In this document: positions 1 through 14,229 of the stretch, in pieces
Layout of the letters: each line of letters begins with the position of its first letter
Numbering within the stretch: the first letter of the stretch is position 1
Source: Tubulanus polymorphus
Taxonomy: Eukaryota; Animalia; Nemertea
Assembly: GCF_964204645.1 (NCBI RefSeq)
Contig: NC_134028.1
Location: 2,728,001 to 2,792,000 of the forward strand
DNA length: 64,000 nucleotides
Direction: 5' to 3'
Notes under the pieces: model-generated
Told to the model about the DNA's origin: nothing
Database searches by the model: none
The model's input: the letters and a program-made list of their open reading frames with translations, nothing else
Position numbers and translations under genes: made by a program

Positions 1-297
1 GCCTAGATTCCAATTATTATTCATTATTCACAGTTTAATGATATTTTGTTTTATGAGTGAATGATAATATATTTAATATTTTGTAGTAAATGGATTTGAT
101 TGATTTGTATGAAGTCACCTGGTTGCGGGAGGAAGTTTGAATAATCGCGTAACGTACAATAACAATTTACTAAATGTAAGTGTTATCGATCCCTCATTTA
201 TTCATTATCTAATGATTTATATATTTGGTTTTTATGACAACGTGTTTTTATGAAAATGTGTTTATTATATTTAGAATAAATTTGTTTGAAGCCGGCT

Positions 298-527
298 GTG
301 ATACCAGTGATACCAGTGCATCATCCCAGTACCAATGATACCAGTGCATCAAGCCAGTACCAGTGATACCAGTGCATCAAGCCAGTACCAGTGATACCAG
401 TGTATCATCCCAGTACCAGTGATACCAATGCATCATCCCAGTACCAGTGATACCAGTGCATCAAACCAGTACCAGTGATACCAGTGCATCGTCCCAGTAC
501 CAGCGATACCAGTGCATCAAGCCAGTA
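298..527. repeat. 28-bp minisatellite (~8 copies)
   Basis: Unit CCAGTA-CCAGTGATA-CCAGTGCATCA(AG/TC), itself built from CCAGT submotifs. Confidence 0.9.
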
Positions 528-2406
528 TGGTTATTCTACAAACTGCTGATTGTTGATTTTTCGGTTTCTATTGGTTTCGGTTTCTGTGGTTACTGATGAT
601 ATTTGAATGAAATTCTTTGCTTCGTTTTTTTGTTTGAAATGAAAATTAAGTAAATTTTGGCATATTTGTACTTTGAATACAATTTACGTTGTAAACATTT
701 TAAATAAAATGATACATTGAGAAATCAGAATTGTCAGAATTCGTTTTTTGGTTGAAATTCAATATTCAGTAAATATATATTTAGTATTTGCCGTTATCAG
801 AATTAAGATAACTGTTAGCCTTTGTTGTTTCTTGGTCAAAAAAGTACATTTTGCATATTTTTTCTTGTCTTGAATTTTGGTTATACATTTATACCCTTGA
901 TCTCATCATCACAAAAACATGTTTTGATCAGAAACGAAATGGCTTTCTTGTGTTTTTTACACCAAAAATATCATTGTTAGGCCTGATGCTTCCCGTATTA
1001 CTTTGAAATTTGAAATGGGTATATTTGTTGAAGGGATACTCAATGAAACCGGTTTTTCGATTAGCCAATATTACGCAATCAGCGGCCATCTTAGTCTCAT
1101 CAAACCTCGTTCATTGGAAAAGGGTTTTATCGATGAAAATATCAACTTCTTTCATAAACCTTAATAGGTCTCTTCATGCGTCCCTCCATCTTGAATTGTT
1201 TATTTGTATTATTATTGTAAAGTTCATATACATGTAATTCAAAATGATAAATGAATTATCATATTATGATATTATTTTTTAGGATTTTATAGGCAATTTT
1301 TCGATTCAGGTTTGTCCCAGTATATTTTTTATCGCTATCAATTGCAAAGTTGTAACTAATGACTGTACAGTACTTGAAGATTTGGTGAGGTTTCAGTGAG
1401 GCCAAAACTTATTTTGTACTTTTTTTATATGAATAGTTAAAATCAGGTTTTCAGTGAAAATGAATTTTGGTGTTTGATTTCAAGACAAATCGCTTTTTGT
1501 AAGTGGTTAAAATCCATTTGAGATGAATACCCAGAAAGATGTATTCAAATGTGTTGAAATGTATTCAAACGTAGCGTCTTATCAGAATACTGTCTTAGAT
1601 TACGTCAAATATAAGCTGAACATTTTTGAATACAACTCCAGAACTACATCAGAACATGGACGTATAGTTTATACGTCCATGATCAGAACTAGTAGTGTAA
1701 TATATCCTCTTAATGAAGTCGTAGGAGGTATTAGGCCACACAAAGAAATACCCTAGTTTCTTAAGAAAGTCAAATGCCGCCCGCGTCATGAAAAAAGTCC
1801 ATAATATAAATTAAAAAGACAAATGCGCTCGCCCACTTCGGCAAAGCATCAATCGTCTGTTTTTATAAACATTTAAACCCGCTTGCCCGCATAGCTGTAT
1901 AGTGTACGACAGTGGCGTTTATGTTCATCCTCGACATACTGGTAATCCACATTTACGGTGACAAAAACAGCGCAAAAACCTTTGAATTCTTAAATACACT
2001 GTGTCCGAAGGATTCAGTATTCAAGGGGTAAGTGGCTCATTTGAAATAAGTTGTGAATATATGTGAAATAGGCCTTCATCGAGGTGCAGTGGTCCAGTCA
2101 CTGATCCTTTACCTTAAATACCCTGAGTGGCCCAGGGCAATATTTCTGAGGTTCCACGTATGAATGTCTAGAAAAATTACAGAACTCATGGCTTTCGATT
2201 GAATATCTATTCAATAAAATTCTGTGTGACCAAAACTTGAATTATATTTGATATTCAATTTCCAATTCAAATGTATGATAAAGTTTCTGTAGAATGTACC
2301 CAAAAGTGCCGCCTCGATAGAGGTTACTACCTTCAGATAAAATAGCTCAATAAAGTCATTTTGAATTTGAATACATCAACAGTGAATTAATCAACAATTT
2401 GTCTAA

Positions 2407-2627
2407 CCAGGGCGAACTTTGGTTTTTGTAGTAAGTCAATTAAAGATCGGAGCTAATAACCAAATGCACTATAAAGGTCGTAACATATTTCAGTGTCGGC
2501 CATCTTGAAACTAGGTGCGAACTACAGCGATCGTGCTCAATCCTGTGTCAACCGTTTCCGGACTATAGTTCTGACTATCGGACATTAGGTTTCAAGTTGT
2601 CACCTTCGTAACCGAAGTTTGCCCCGG
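2407..2627. mobile_element. MITE with terminal inverted repeats
   Basis: The 5' end CCAGGGCGAACTTTGGTT matches the reverse complement of the 3' end (CCGGGGCAAACTTCGGTT). No coding capacity. Confidence 0.6.
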
Positions 2628-4175
2628 GCAGGCAAGCTCCATTATTTATGATGTAGTTCATATCAATTGAAAATTTATCATCAAAACTACAATACAATTT
2701 TTATAGGCCCTTATACAAAATAAAAATAGATAGAAAAAATGCTGAAAATTAATTGTTATTTAGAAACACGAATGTTGACACAGAAGCCCTCAAATAATGC
2801 ATTGTAGTTATCAATGGATAAAAACATTGTTATAACGGTATTTACATTGTCAAAATGGGCCTATTTCAGATGTCATAATCAATATGTTTTAATCGTAGAA
2901 TCGTTGGATGTAGCCAGCAGTGAATTGGTTTGTTAACATGGCCGCATGATATATAGATAGGTTTTGCGAATGGTGAACCCTTATATTTGTAATATCCTCG
3001 AGAACTGATGTATTTACTGCATTTCCCTTGTTGGTAACTAAAATGATAATCACATGGAGAAATGTGATGTTTTGGTTAAGAACAGTGAGTTCAGGCTGGT
3101 TGAATGATTGTTCAAATGATTTGGAACCAAAATTTTCCAATTATGTACTTCGATTAAAACTAAAAATTCTATAAATGTGCGACTATATCTGTACTTCGAT
3201 TTCTGATGAAATTTGAATGAAATTCTTTGTTTTTCTGCCATAAAAAAAATGCAAAAAAAACTTTGAAATATGTGAAAATTGAATATGATTTACCATGTAC
3301 TGTGTAAAGTTAAAATGATAGAATATGAACAAATTAAAGTAATTATTTTGGCTTTATTATTTGTTACTGAGCATTTTCTTAAAATATATGAATAACAGTT
3401 TGAGGAAACATGATGGATTTTCTTGATATTTCGTTTATACTTGTTTCTACCCCAGACGCATCTGCAGCTCAGAATCTGGAATCTGGAAAGTGAAAACCAA
3501 AATGGCTGTCCAATGACCTTTTATTCGGCAAAAAGAAATCTAGAACCTGTAGCTTGGTGTATTATTTTGTGTTGAAATTCGTGATGTGTTTATTGTTGGA
3601 AAGAATCTTCATCATAGCAGACAGATATTGCAATTAGCAAACTTTTGCGCAATCGGCGGCCATCTTTTTCTCGTTCATCCTCAAGTGTAGATTTTATTTT
3701 GAGGAAAGTGTCCACTGATTTTAACTGTCATGTTATAATTCAATTCAATTCTTGATTGCTCCGTAACATAGCTTATACATTCTTAAATGAAACACAATCT
3801 CGACAAAAAAATAAAAATTATCATAAATAATCAATAGCAATTGAACATGCACATAATGAGGTCATGGTAAACGGGTTTTCAGTTTTTAGTGAATATTCAC
3901 ATAGTTGAATCCTCAACTTGTTTGTCAATATATTTACCTAAACAGCAAGCCATTTGTTGTGATGGACATTATGATTATAAATTTGTTGTGATCGCTAATA
4001 TTTGATGTCTGAGGAAATTCGAGATTGCTCATTTTCAATGGATCAATAATTTCACAAAAAAACTACGATGCCACATGATAATGATATTCAATGTACATTA
4101 AATTCAAATTTTATTTTTAGTACTATTTTCATTTTCTGATACAGATAAGAAAGTGATGGGAAACAAGCCGCCATC

Positions 4176-4744
4176 ATTATTATGTCACCCTGGTGGAGGT
4201 GTTTTAGACTGTGTCCGCTGTCCCCTTGAGACTTAGTTAGCGCAATTCTGCAATTCTTGATGGATTCACATATAACTTGGTGTGAGGATTAGAGCAGGTG
4301 AATTGCTCACCCCTTTCGAAAATGGTTGTCATCAGCCATCAAATATGGCTGTCATATGGCTTGTTAGCATGATACAGCCAATAGTTCTTGATGAATTTCC
4401 CTATAATTTGGTGTGAATATTGGGGCAGGTAAGATGTCCGCCCCTATCGAAAATGGAGGTTGTCGGACTTCAAATATGGCTGCCATTGCAACCATCTTGA
4501 ATTTTTGTTTTTAATACACAGCTTGCAATATCTGATGGATATCCATGAAACTTGATGTGAGTTTTAAGACAGGTTTATCTTTTCCTGACTTGGACAAATA
4601 ATTCTTACAAACTCAATGAACAATTAAGTAAACTCGGCTATTTATGAAGTCGTGTGCAACATGTTTGTTACCGTCATCAATTTCTTGCACCTTTATTGTT
4701 TGTTTATCCCGGGGAGATGTGCGTGTAATTACCACATTCTAGTT
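4176..4744 (+). mobile_element. Non-autonomous Helentron/HINE-like repeat
   Basis: Starts TTATTATGTCACCCTGG and ends CCGGGGAGATGTGCGTGTAATTACCACATTCTAGTTT (short subterminal inverted repeat, 3' stem-loop, T-rich ends). Has an internal ~130-bp duplicated module with AAATATGGCTG and CCATCTTGAA motifs. Family assignment is from recalled structure only. Confidence 0.5.
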
Positions 4745-5885
4745 TGGCCTAAAAAGACATGAAAAGTACATATGATGGGAGAACCTAGGTGAAAAGCAGA
4801 AATTGACTCCTGAAATTAGATTAGATATAATTAGACGCCAGTATACAAAATGGATTCCTGCAACATTACTGTGGCGAGCAAGGATTCCACCAGGCGTTGT
4901 TAGTGGCACTGAGTTAACGCACTTCGACTCCTTCAACATAACGTAATGGATCTTTATGGTGTAAAAAAAACCAGTAAACTGTGGACCCTCCAACTCTTCT
5001 GATTCATCCGGAATACGGATTGTCGTATCAATATCCTCATTCTGAATGCCGTTGAGAATATTCCAGAGATTTATTGTGTGAAGATCAGCAGGTGATACTG
5101 GACTGTAAAAATGTCCTGAACCGTAAAAGCGTTCGTTTATCGTATCCCTGTTGTTCATTTAAAAAAAAAACAGATTGTCTTTCCACGAAAAGCATCAAAT
5201 ATATAAGTATTAGTGTCCTGGTATTCATTTCTCAGCCAAGGATGTTGTTTTCATATCGTGTCTTATCAATAACTGTGTGAGTCACTGGGAACACTCTAAC
5301 AAAAACAGGGTAGGGAAAAGTCAAAGGAATTTTGTAGGTTTTCAGGTGCGTTGGAAGCAATTTTTGATTGCCTCGGCCAAATGCCGATTTTGGACACGTT
5401 CTGAATATTGTCGCGGCAAATTTACTTAATTTCTTCCAAAATGTGGTATTCAAAGAAAAAAAAGTCATTCAGTAAATTATTGCCACGGCTTTCGCTGCTG
5501 CTGTCGCTGCACTTCCAACGCCACTGGTTCTCGGGCTTCTGTGTGACCCGTCTGTGTGTCTGTCAGCTACTTGGCATTCATAGCGGATCTTGATGAAACT
5601 TAGATACAATGTTAGTATAGGGGGTCTAGTTGTGTAGTGCAAAGAATGCGCCTGGTGCACCACCTACTGGCAGCACTGGGTACCTTATTAGTCTTTTTAT
5701 TAGTCACATGACTTTGAAGATGACCTCATAACTGAAGAAAGGGGTCGAAATCCAAAATTTGTCTTGACAAAATTTAGCTATTGGCCCTAGGTTTAACATA
5801 TCCAAAATGCTTTATAACCCCTGGTAACTTTGGAGTTCGAATTTGAGTCTGAGCGCGAGAACCGTTGTCACCTATGGCTTGTTCT

Positions 5886-6099
5886 TCAGGGAATAGTCGG
5901 GGAATTTTGAAAAAAATCTAGAAATCAGGGAAATATGTTGTAATTGCTAGATTGTTTGAAAATCAAATGGTTTGCGTGACATTCGTATTTGACTGTTTAG
6001 TGATTTGATTCTTAGCAGATCAAGTCGGGGAAAACAACATACACATTGGGAGTAGTCAGAGACAAGTCAGGGAAAAACAAAACAAAGAAGCCACCCTGA
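5886..6099. mobile_element. Degenerate MITE (hAT-like end), same family as 60327-60575
   Basis: Recurrent GTC(A/G)GGGAA motifs and a GCCACCCTG end. Shares CTAGAAATCAGGGAA and TGATT(T/C)GATTCTTAGC with the copy at 60327-60575. Confidence 0.55.
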
Positions 6100-6912
6100 A
6101 ACATGCTTGCATTTTTACGAACACCTTCGATGTCAAGAGTTCCAGAATAACCAAATTATAAAATTATGAACAAATCGTAAAGAATAGATATTTAATTGCT
6201 CTTTGTTGTTATGACCACCCCAGCTATTTATTTCACCGAGAAAAATGATTTCCGAAGTTTGGAGTGTCTAAAACGGTAAACAACGGATGTATCGTTATTG
6301 CCTTTATCAAATGTATGCTTTCATCGTGTCATTCCATCTGATTCTCACTTCTTATACTGTCAAGTAAAAATACTTTGTTGAGACAACTTATTTCAGTCAA
6401 AAGTGGGCTATCTTGAATTTCTCTTTAAGTCACCCTGATACTAGTAGGACTTTTGTCCCCGCAAAGTTCTGATGATATATTTCATTATGATTTCAAAATG
6501 ACTCTTGATTTCCAATTACTTTTCTTGGTTCCTCCATTGTTTCATCTACACGTAAATCATCAAAAAAATACATCACGTAGTTGAACAAAAATGGGGAAAT
6601 TATAGAAAATTATTTTTAGTTAGACTCGAACCCGAAAGCTTTGCCACATTCTGGTTTTATTATCATACTACATATATCATATCTATGGCTAAGATGTGCT
6701 AGCATCTAGGCCCAAATTCCCATTCTTGATCTTGATTATATACTCGACGACCACGTTAGCACGTTTTAGTGTCACAGGGGTCTGTCATATTTAAATGGCG
6801 TGCAGGGTTCCAGTCGCCTATGGGGGGAAAAACAAGTTCTGTGCTGGTTTCCATAGACAAGTGGCTGTCCAATATCAATTAGTCGACAAAAACCCACAAT
6901 AAAAAAGAAAAA

Positions 6913-7740
6913 CTATCTGATAGTTTGACGTTTCGACTCGAATCTATGAGCCATTTTCAAAAACTCCAGGTCATGCTGTACCTCCAGGTCATGCTGTAGT
7001 TCTATCTGGTCAGCAATCGACTTTATGGGTTTGTAGATGATGCAGTCGTCTGTGAATAATCTAATGCTGGACTTAACTATTGTTGGTAAGTCATTGATAT
7101 AGATCAGAAACAACAGCAGTTCCAAGACTGTTCCTTGGGGTACTCCTGACAGGACATTAGCGTCGTCTAATGATGTACCAGATCCATCTACCTGTAATTT
7201 TTGGGTGCATTGGCAGAAAAATGCTTCAATCCATAAATAATGAGGTTGTTGACACTGTAGTGCTGAAATCTAATGCGTTGATTTTCATCCATAGTGATCA
7301 GCAGTTGTGACTCTTAGGATCGGCCTTCTGTGACACCTATGAGGATAGATTCTTTATCTAGGTGGACTGGTTCAGTATGCGTCGGCCTATCATGTGCTTC
7401 ATCATTTTTCAGCACACGCAAGTTAAAGATACTGTAGTTTTTTGACTGGTGCCTGTCTCCTTTCTTTGACGACTGGCGTAACCAATTCTTTCTTCCAGTC
7501 GAGTGGTAATTCTTCTGATGTCAGTGACTGCTGGAAAAAGCGGTCATTGCGGGGGTGAGTTTCACAGCAGCCTATTTTAGGATCCGATTTGGTATGTGGT
7601 CGGGACCTTTCATGGATTTAACTTCCGGACTCCTTTAACGTCAAACTGCTAGTCTATGGGAGGCTAGTTATCATCGCTTGGTTCTGGCATGTTGACCAGG
7701 TCTTCTCAGAATTTGTTGATATTCTGGGCTTTCGAGCGAG
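6913..7740 (-). mobile_element. Decayed non-LTR retrotransposon (CR1/L2/Jockey-type) reverse transcriptase fragment
   Basis: Minus strand reads KGPDHIPNRILK, then NVLSGVPQGTVL and LFLIYINDLPTIVKSSIRLFTDDCIIY (RT motifs including the F-x-DD catalytic motif). Frameshifts and stops are present. Confidence 0.9.
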
Positions 7741-8622
7741 GATTGTGTCCACTCTGTATTGGTCTCACTCATGATAATGCACAACAGCATCAAAGTCCTA
7801 CATGTTTTTCAAATGAGGAATAGAGTGATTCTTACAACTGGAATTCCATGCGTGGCCACGCTCATCGACGTGTTGATTACCAGTGTTCCAATGATTTTCG
7901 TTTCACCCAAATTACAAATAGTCTAATCTAATAGCTGAGATGCCAGAATTTGTTTTGATTTGACATGGCTGAGTGAAGAATATCTGTTAGTCATTGTGAG
8001 GAGCAGTTTTCATCTTTTTTAAATTTCCTCTTCTGTTCATTGTATTTATCCATGGTACACCAACTTATTATTATTCATTTGTTATACCCAAACTGTATTG
8101 AAAGCAATGAGTGTTATATGAAAACGATATATAATAACAAATTTAATAATATGAAGAATGAAGAAGATACATTTGAAAGCTTTTCAGCAACAATCTGCAT
8201 CAAACGATGGCGCAGGTGAACATAATATTGACATCTGTTTGAGATTTCTCTGGTTTTCTGTTAAATCGTGATATGAGTTATTCCAAAACAAATTTATATA
8301 GTTTTGAAACCTGAATACCATAATTCCAGTTGCTGGTATGAACCAATTTTACCTATGCATTCCCAAAACTATTACCATCCACTAGTGATGCATCAACAGA
8401 TACGATGACAAAACCGAAATTGACTTCAAACTCTTGATTTAGGAATGAATCAGATAAACTGGCAATTAACTGTAAAGATGATTGTTTCTAACAGTTGTTG
8501 GTATGATTTCAGTGATGAGTAAACAAAATCGTATTCATCACTTTCGTAATGACAGAAATTAAGTCTACGTGGTATTAATGTGTAATATTCGTGATCCTTA
8601 ATAGTTTTTCTTTTCATTTCAG

Positions 8623-9165
8623 CTGAAAGACTTGTCAGAGATGTGATAAAAAAGAAAAGTGAGTCTGGCCACACTTATGAGGCGGCAACCCGTCTACAAG
8701 AAAGATTACAAAGGTGTGTTGATCTAATGTCGTCTCATAAGCCGGTGGAGCCAATTCCACCAACACCTGAATTGGCTCCTCCGCAGGTGGTGGACCCTGC
8801 TCCTGCGGTGCAGGTGGTTGCGCCCACCGTATCTTCGGATACGGAGGTCGTGCCACCTGTTATCGTGGAGCAGGAGGTCGCCCCTGCCGTGGTTGCCCCG
8901 ACAGAGGCGCCACAGGTCCAGACTCCTGCACCGCGCAGGTCGCCCCGCAAAAATAGAAAGGAAATAAATTATGCAATAGGTTCGGGGCGGCCTAATAAAA
9001 AAAAATCAAAACGTGCGACTCCTCCACCACCACCATCTTTTGAGGAGTCGAGTGATGAGGAGTTATTTTATACTCCTGGAGCTCCACAACCAGGGCCCCC
9101 ACCACCACAAACACCTGTGGGTGTGCAACAAAAAAAACGCAAGAGACTTTCTTATGATAATGATG

Positions 9166-9204
<39 letters not shown>

Positions 9205-9398
9205 TGCCAGCCCAGGCGGGAACATCGGGCGCTCCAGCGGGGGTACCACCCGCCCCCGCTGTCGAGCTTGTTGCACGTGGCCCTGGTTGGTCGAAAAACA
9301 TCAGAATGAAAGATCCCTTACAATTGCTCCGCGATGTTGAAGGGGCCTTTGATGGCAATTTTACATTTGTAAGAAATAAAAGACAACGGAGAAGTTAA
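8623..9398 (+). CDS. Orphan Pro/Ala/Val-rich, basic, low-complexity ORF (~258 codons), probably a terminal exon, possibly TE- or virus-derived
   Basis: Strong acceptor TTTTCTTTTCATTTCAG ends at 8622 and the frame is open to TAA at 9396-9398. GC-rich relative to its flanks, with NLS-like clusters (RRSPRKNRK, KKKSKR, KKRKR) and an in-frame DN repeat. AATAAA near 9725. Confidence 0.45.
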
Positions 9399-9964
9399 AA
9401 TACCATCCCCCTTCACTCGCCATCACTCCGGGCAACAACACCAGCCCAAACACGTCTGCAGATCGGCACTCCTTTCATCATTCATTTTTATAAGTTTTTG
9501 AGACCACCTTTCGTATCCAGTGCACGGATTGCGTGAACGCCTTGTAGTATATTTAAAGAGATTTTTACTTTGATCAGCGACAGTTAAAGTAAAACTCATT
9601 CATTTCGTTTCATTTCATTCTTCGTCGGTCTGCAGTTCGCGCGGTGCCACAAAATATCTGTCAACCCCCTTGCATTAGGAACCAGTGGGCGTGCAGTCCT
9701 GCATTATAAATACTTTTTTATTTAAATAAAATTCAAAAAACAAAAAACCAGATCTCCAGTTTTATCGAGAGTTTTACGGTTCTTTCAAAAAAAATTTTAA
9801 AACCAAAAAACAAAAAAAAAGTCATCATCATTTCATCAACTTTATTTATTTTCTTGGATGAATTCATTTTCATTCCATCATGTAATCCATCATTATTTTA
9901 AATTATTTTCATTTGTTTTTTGACTGTACGTCCCGCTGTGTTCCTACCAAACCCGCCCACACCA

Positions 9965-10443
9965 TTCAATTCCTGCATTCAAGCTGACACATGCAGTTCC
10001 ATTCTTGCATCCAAAATGACTCATGCAGTTCCATTCCTGCATTCAAAATAACTCTTGCAGTTCCATTCCTGCATTCAAAATAACTCGTGCAGTTCCATTC
10101 CTGCATTCAACATGATTCATGCAGTTCCATTGCTGCATTCAAAATAACTCTTGCAGTTCCATTCCTGCATTCAAAATGACTCATGCAGTTCCATTCCTGC
10201 ATTCAACATGATTCATGCAGTTCCATTCCTGCATTCAACATGATTCATGCAGTTCCATTGCTGCATTCAAAATGACTCATGCAGTTCCATTGCTGCATTC
10301 AAACTGACTCGTGCAGTTCCATTCTTGCATTCAAAATAACTCATGCAGTTCCATTCCTGCATTCAAAATAACTCATGCAGTTCCATTCCTGCATTCAAAA
10401 TAACTCTTGCAGTTCCATTCCTGCATTCAAAATAACTCGTGCA
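9965..10443. repeat. 32-bp minisatellite (~15 copies)
   Basis: Unit CATGCAGTTCCATTCCTGCATTCAAAATAACT. GCAG recurs at 10025 and 10057. Confidence 0.95.
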
Positions 10444-11924
10444 TAAGGATAATTAGCCTTAGCATCCGTCTTTACCATCTGTATCCATCCTTGCCATTTT
10501 TCAGTGGCAGTATTCTTGGTTATTAATCACCAATTCACTCAAAAACACGAACAAGGAACAGCTATGTTTTACACATAATGCGATTTCTTATCAAACTACA
10601 TCTTTGTTATCCCACCCCTGATACTATGACGTTCATACGTCAAGTTTAAAATCATTGTTTATTGTTATTAAAATACTTGTTTTTCTAATTACAGATTTAA
10701 AGATTTATTTGATTTATCACGAAAAATTGAAATGTTAATGTCTATTGCCAAACAGCTGCGAAAGGAAATCCTTTAAAATGTGATTGGGAGGATTTCAAAT
10801 ATTCACTCGTTTAGGAATAGGAATTTGTATTCATACGAATAACTACGGGACATTGGATCAAATGTTGCCCATGGAAATCACAGCAAAGACAACGGTAATC
10901 AATTTCATTACATCTTTGTAGAACGGTTTTGAGAGTAACTTTCTGTTAGCTCTGGGTGTCAAATTGTAACCACTGGATATACACAGTTGATATTTTGTCA
11001 TTAGGAGGTAGATAGGTGTTGGAATTAATATGGCAAGTTTTGTCCATCAGCTTTAAACTGTTTGGGAGTGCTAGGAGAAGGAGCTTTCCACATTTCTACT
11101 GATCGATGCTTGACCTCGTTCCCTGATGATGACATCACAGGGAAAGCCCTTCAGAAGGGCATCACTTGGATTATGCAAAATTTCAATGAAATTTTTCCCC
11201 ATTCTACTAATCGATTTATTACCATATATATCGTCATAGTTGAACTCGCTTGCTACACAGTGGTGTTGTGTGCGCCAAGATTTCATCTTCATACCTTATT
11301 GCAAATTCCGTTACAAATCCATTTCAATGCTCAATGGTAAACTGTACTCAGTTGATCCTACTGCACCCATGGTTCTTTATTAGGGTGTGAAATGAAATGA
11401 TTCACTTGATCCATGATCAATACACGAATTCAATAATTGATAGATGCGATAAATAGAACCTTATAAAATTCTGTAAAGATTCAGTAAACGTGCAGAATAA
11501 AAGAATGATCTCTGATAGGAGAATTTGTTGTCGTCAAGTCGGTGAAGTTGTATTGGCTAATAATGATACTAATGATCATCAGGTTCAGAATTTGACTTCA
11601 TAATTCTTGTTTATTGAGCAGAGGAGATAGAGAGTAGTTAGCGTTGATGAGATAGAGGAGTTAGGGTTGACACCAAATAATTGAGCTATCGAATAAAAGA
11701 TAAGATTGAGATATTTTTAGATAATCTCAATGAAAATTCAGATTTGAGAAATAATCATTCATATTTTGAAATAAAATCGCTGGGATTTGACCTAGGATCA
11801 GCAAGTATTAAAACATCAGTAAAGATGAATTGAAATGATAATTCTAATTAAAATTAGATATTATTCAAATCTTGGATATTCAAAATTGCCAAGTGTATAG
11901 AGGATATACATAATAATTCCTATT

Positions 11925-13370
11925 TAATTCCTGTATAGAGGGCAGTCAGAAAAGGGAAGTTAATTCCTGTATAGAGGACAGTCAGAGAAGGGAAGTTAAT
12001 TCCTGTATAGAGGGTAGTCAGAGAAGGGAAGTTAATTCCTGTATAGAGGACAGTCAGAGAAGGGAAGTTTATTCCTGTATAGAGGACAGTCAGAGAAGGG
12101 AAGTTAATTCCTTTATAGAGGACAGTCAGAAGGGGAAATTAATTCCTGGATAGAGGACAGTCAGAGAAGGGAAGTTAATTCCTGTATAGAGGACAGTCAG
12201 AAGGGGAAGTTAATTCCTGTATAGAGGACAGTCAGAGAAGGGAAGTTAATTCCTGTATAGAGGGCAGTCAGAGAAGGGAAGTTAATTCCTGTATAGAGGA
12301 CAGTCAGAGAAGGGAAGTTTATTCCTGTATAGAGGGTAGTCAGAAAAGGGAAGTTAATTCCTGTATAGAGGGCAGTCAGAGAAGGAAAGTTAATTCCTGT
12401 ATAGAGGACAGTCAGAGAAGGGAAGTTTATTCCTGTATAGAGGGAAGTCAGAGAAGGGAAGTTAATTCCTGTATAGAGGACAGTCAGAGCAGGGAAGTTA
12501 ATTCCTGTATAGAGGACAGTCAGAGAAGGGAAGTTAATTCCTGTATAGAGGACAGTCAGAGAAGGGAAGATAATTCCTGTATAGAGGACAGTCACAAGGG
12601 GAAGTTAATTCCTGTATAGAGGGCAGTCAGAGAAGGGCAGTTTATTCCTGTATAGAGGACAGTCAGAAGGGGAAATTAATTCATGTATAAGGGCAGTCAG
12701 AGAAGGGAAGATAATTCCTGTATAGAGGACAGTCACAAGGGGAAGTTAATGCATGTATAGAGGGCAGTCAGAGAAGGGAAATTAATTCCTGTATAGAGGA
12801 CAGTCACAAGGGGAAGTTAATTCCTGTATAGAGGGCAGTCAGAGAAGGGCAGTTAATTCCTGTATAGAGGACGACAGTCAGAAGGGAAGTTAATTCCTGT
12901 ATAGAGGACAGTCAGAAGGGAAGTTAATTCCTGTATAGAGGACGACAGTCAGAAGGGAAGTTAATTCCTGTATAGAGGACAGTCAGAGGGGAAGTTAATT
13001 CCTGTGCAGAGGACAGTCAGAGAAGGGAAGTTAATTCCTGTATAGAGGACGACAGTCAGAAGGGAAGTTAATTCCTGTATAGAGGACAGTCAGAGGGGAA
13101 GTTAATTCCTGTATAGAGGGCAGTCAGAAAAGGGAAGTTAATTCCTGTATAGAGGGCAGTCAGAGGGGAAGTTAATTCCTGTATAGAGGACAGTCAGAGA
13201 AGGGAAGTTAATTCCTGTATAGAGGAGAGTCAGAGAAGGGAAGTTAATTCCTGTACAGAGGACAGTCAGAAGGGAAGTTAATTCCTGTATAGAGGACAGT
13301 CAGAGGGGAAGTTAATTCCTTTATAGAGGACAGTCACAGAAGGGAAGATAATTCCTCTTTAGAGGACAGA
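11925..13370. repeat. 36-bp minisatellite (~40 copies, with 34-37 bp variants)
   Basis: Unit AATTCCTGTATAGAGGACAGTCAGAGAAGGGAAGTT. Confidence 0.97.
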
Positions 13371-13400
13371 AGTTGATCACAAAATCCAAACAAAAACCAG

Positions 13401-13427
13401 CATCATCATCATCATCATCATCATCAT
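13401..13427. repeat. (CAT)n microsatellite
   Basis: About nine CAT units directly visible. Confidence 0.9.
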
Positions 13428-14229
13428 CTTAACAACTCTTGAATATCTAAAAAAATCTGCGTTGTAAAACATTATTGAATATCACAGAACAAACTTTATG
13501 TATATGATATTTTAAATTGTTTTATTTTTACTTATTTTAAACTATTTTAATTGTGAATAATTTAAAACCATTTAATATTTTTTAAGAACTAGATTATATT
13601 CGTTTTTTAAAACTAACCTACAGATCAATTTGATGAATCATTTATCTTATAGCCTATTTGACTTTATCATATATTGGAACCCAAGATATTTTGAAATGGA
13701 TAACTGAAGGTCCAGGTTTTATCACAGAATACTCTTTGACACAATTACGTGGTCCGCAACACAGATATAAACAGTGGTAATACATTATAATGCATGCACT
13801 AAGAGCTTGTACTTGTTGTTCATATGAAATGTGATTGAGAGCTTTTTCTCATACTTTCTTTTTATCTTCTTTTCTTGATTTTTCTAGTTTATTTTAAAGA
13901 TATTTTCAGTTTGTCAGTGAGTGTATTGTATTCACTTTTTGATCACAGTTTATTTGTTTATTGTGTTTAGATCTAGTTATTTAAGTCTATTTAGTAATTT
14001 AATTTTCTTTTTAATTTAAGTATATCTAGGTCTAGATCTATTTCAGGTTATCTAAGTATATTTAGGTCTAGTTATTTAAGTCTATTTCTAGTTATTTAAG
14101 TCTAGTTATTTAAGTATATTTAAGTCTCATTATTTAACTTTGTTTGGGTCAAGTTATATAATTATTTTGAAGTTTAGTTATTGAAGGTATATTCAAAGTC
14201 TGTTGTTTCCAGGGTTTGGAATAAACAAG

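Noticed and set aside
1731-2300. Academ-like transposon end (TAGGCCACAC...CCGCCCGCG) with a Cys-rich relic on the minus strand
   Set aside because: No matching opposite terminus was found and the peptide similarity is too weak to support a call.
12197-12595. ORF of LTVLYTGINFPS repeats as a repeat protein
   Set aside because: A by-product of the 36-bp period. 34/35/37-bp variants break the frame on both sides and there is no unique domain.
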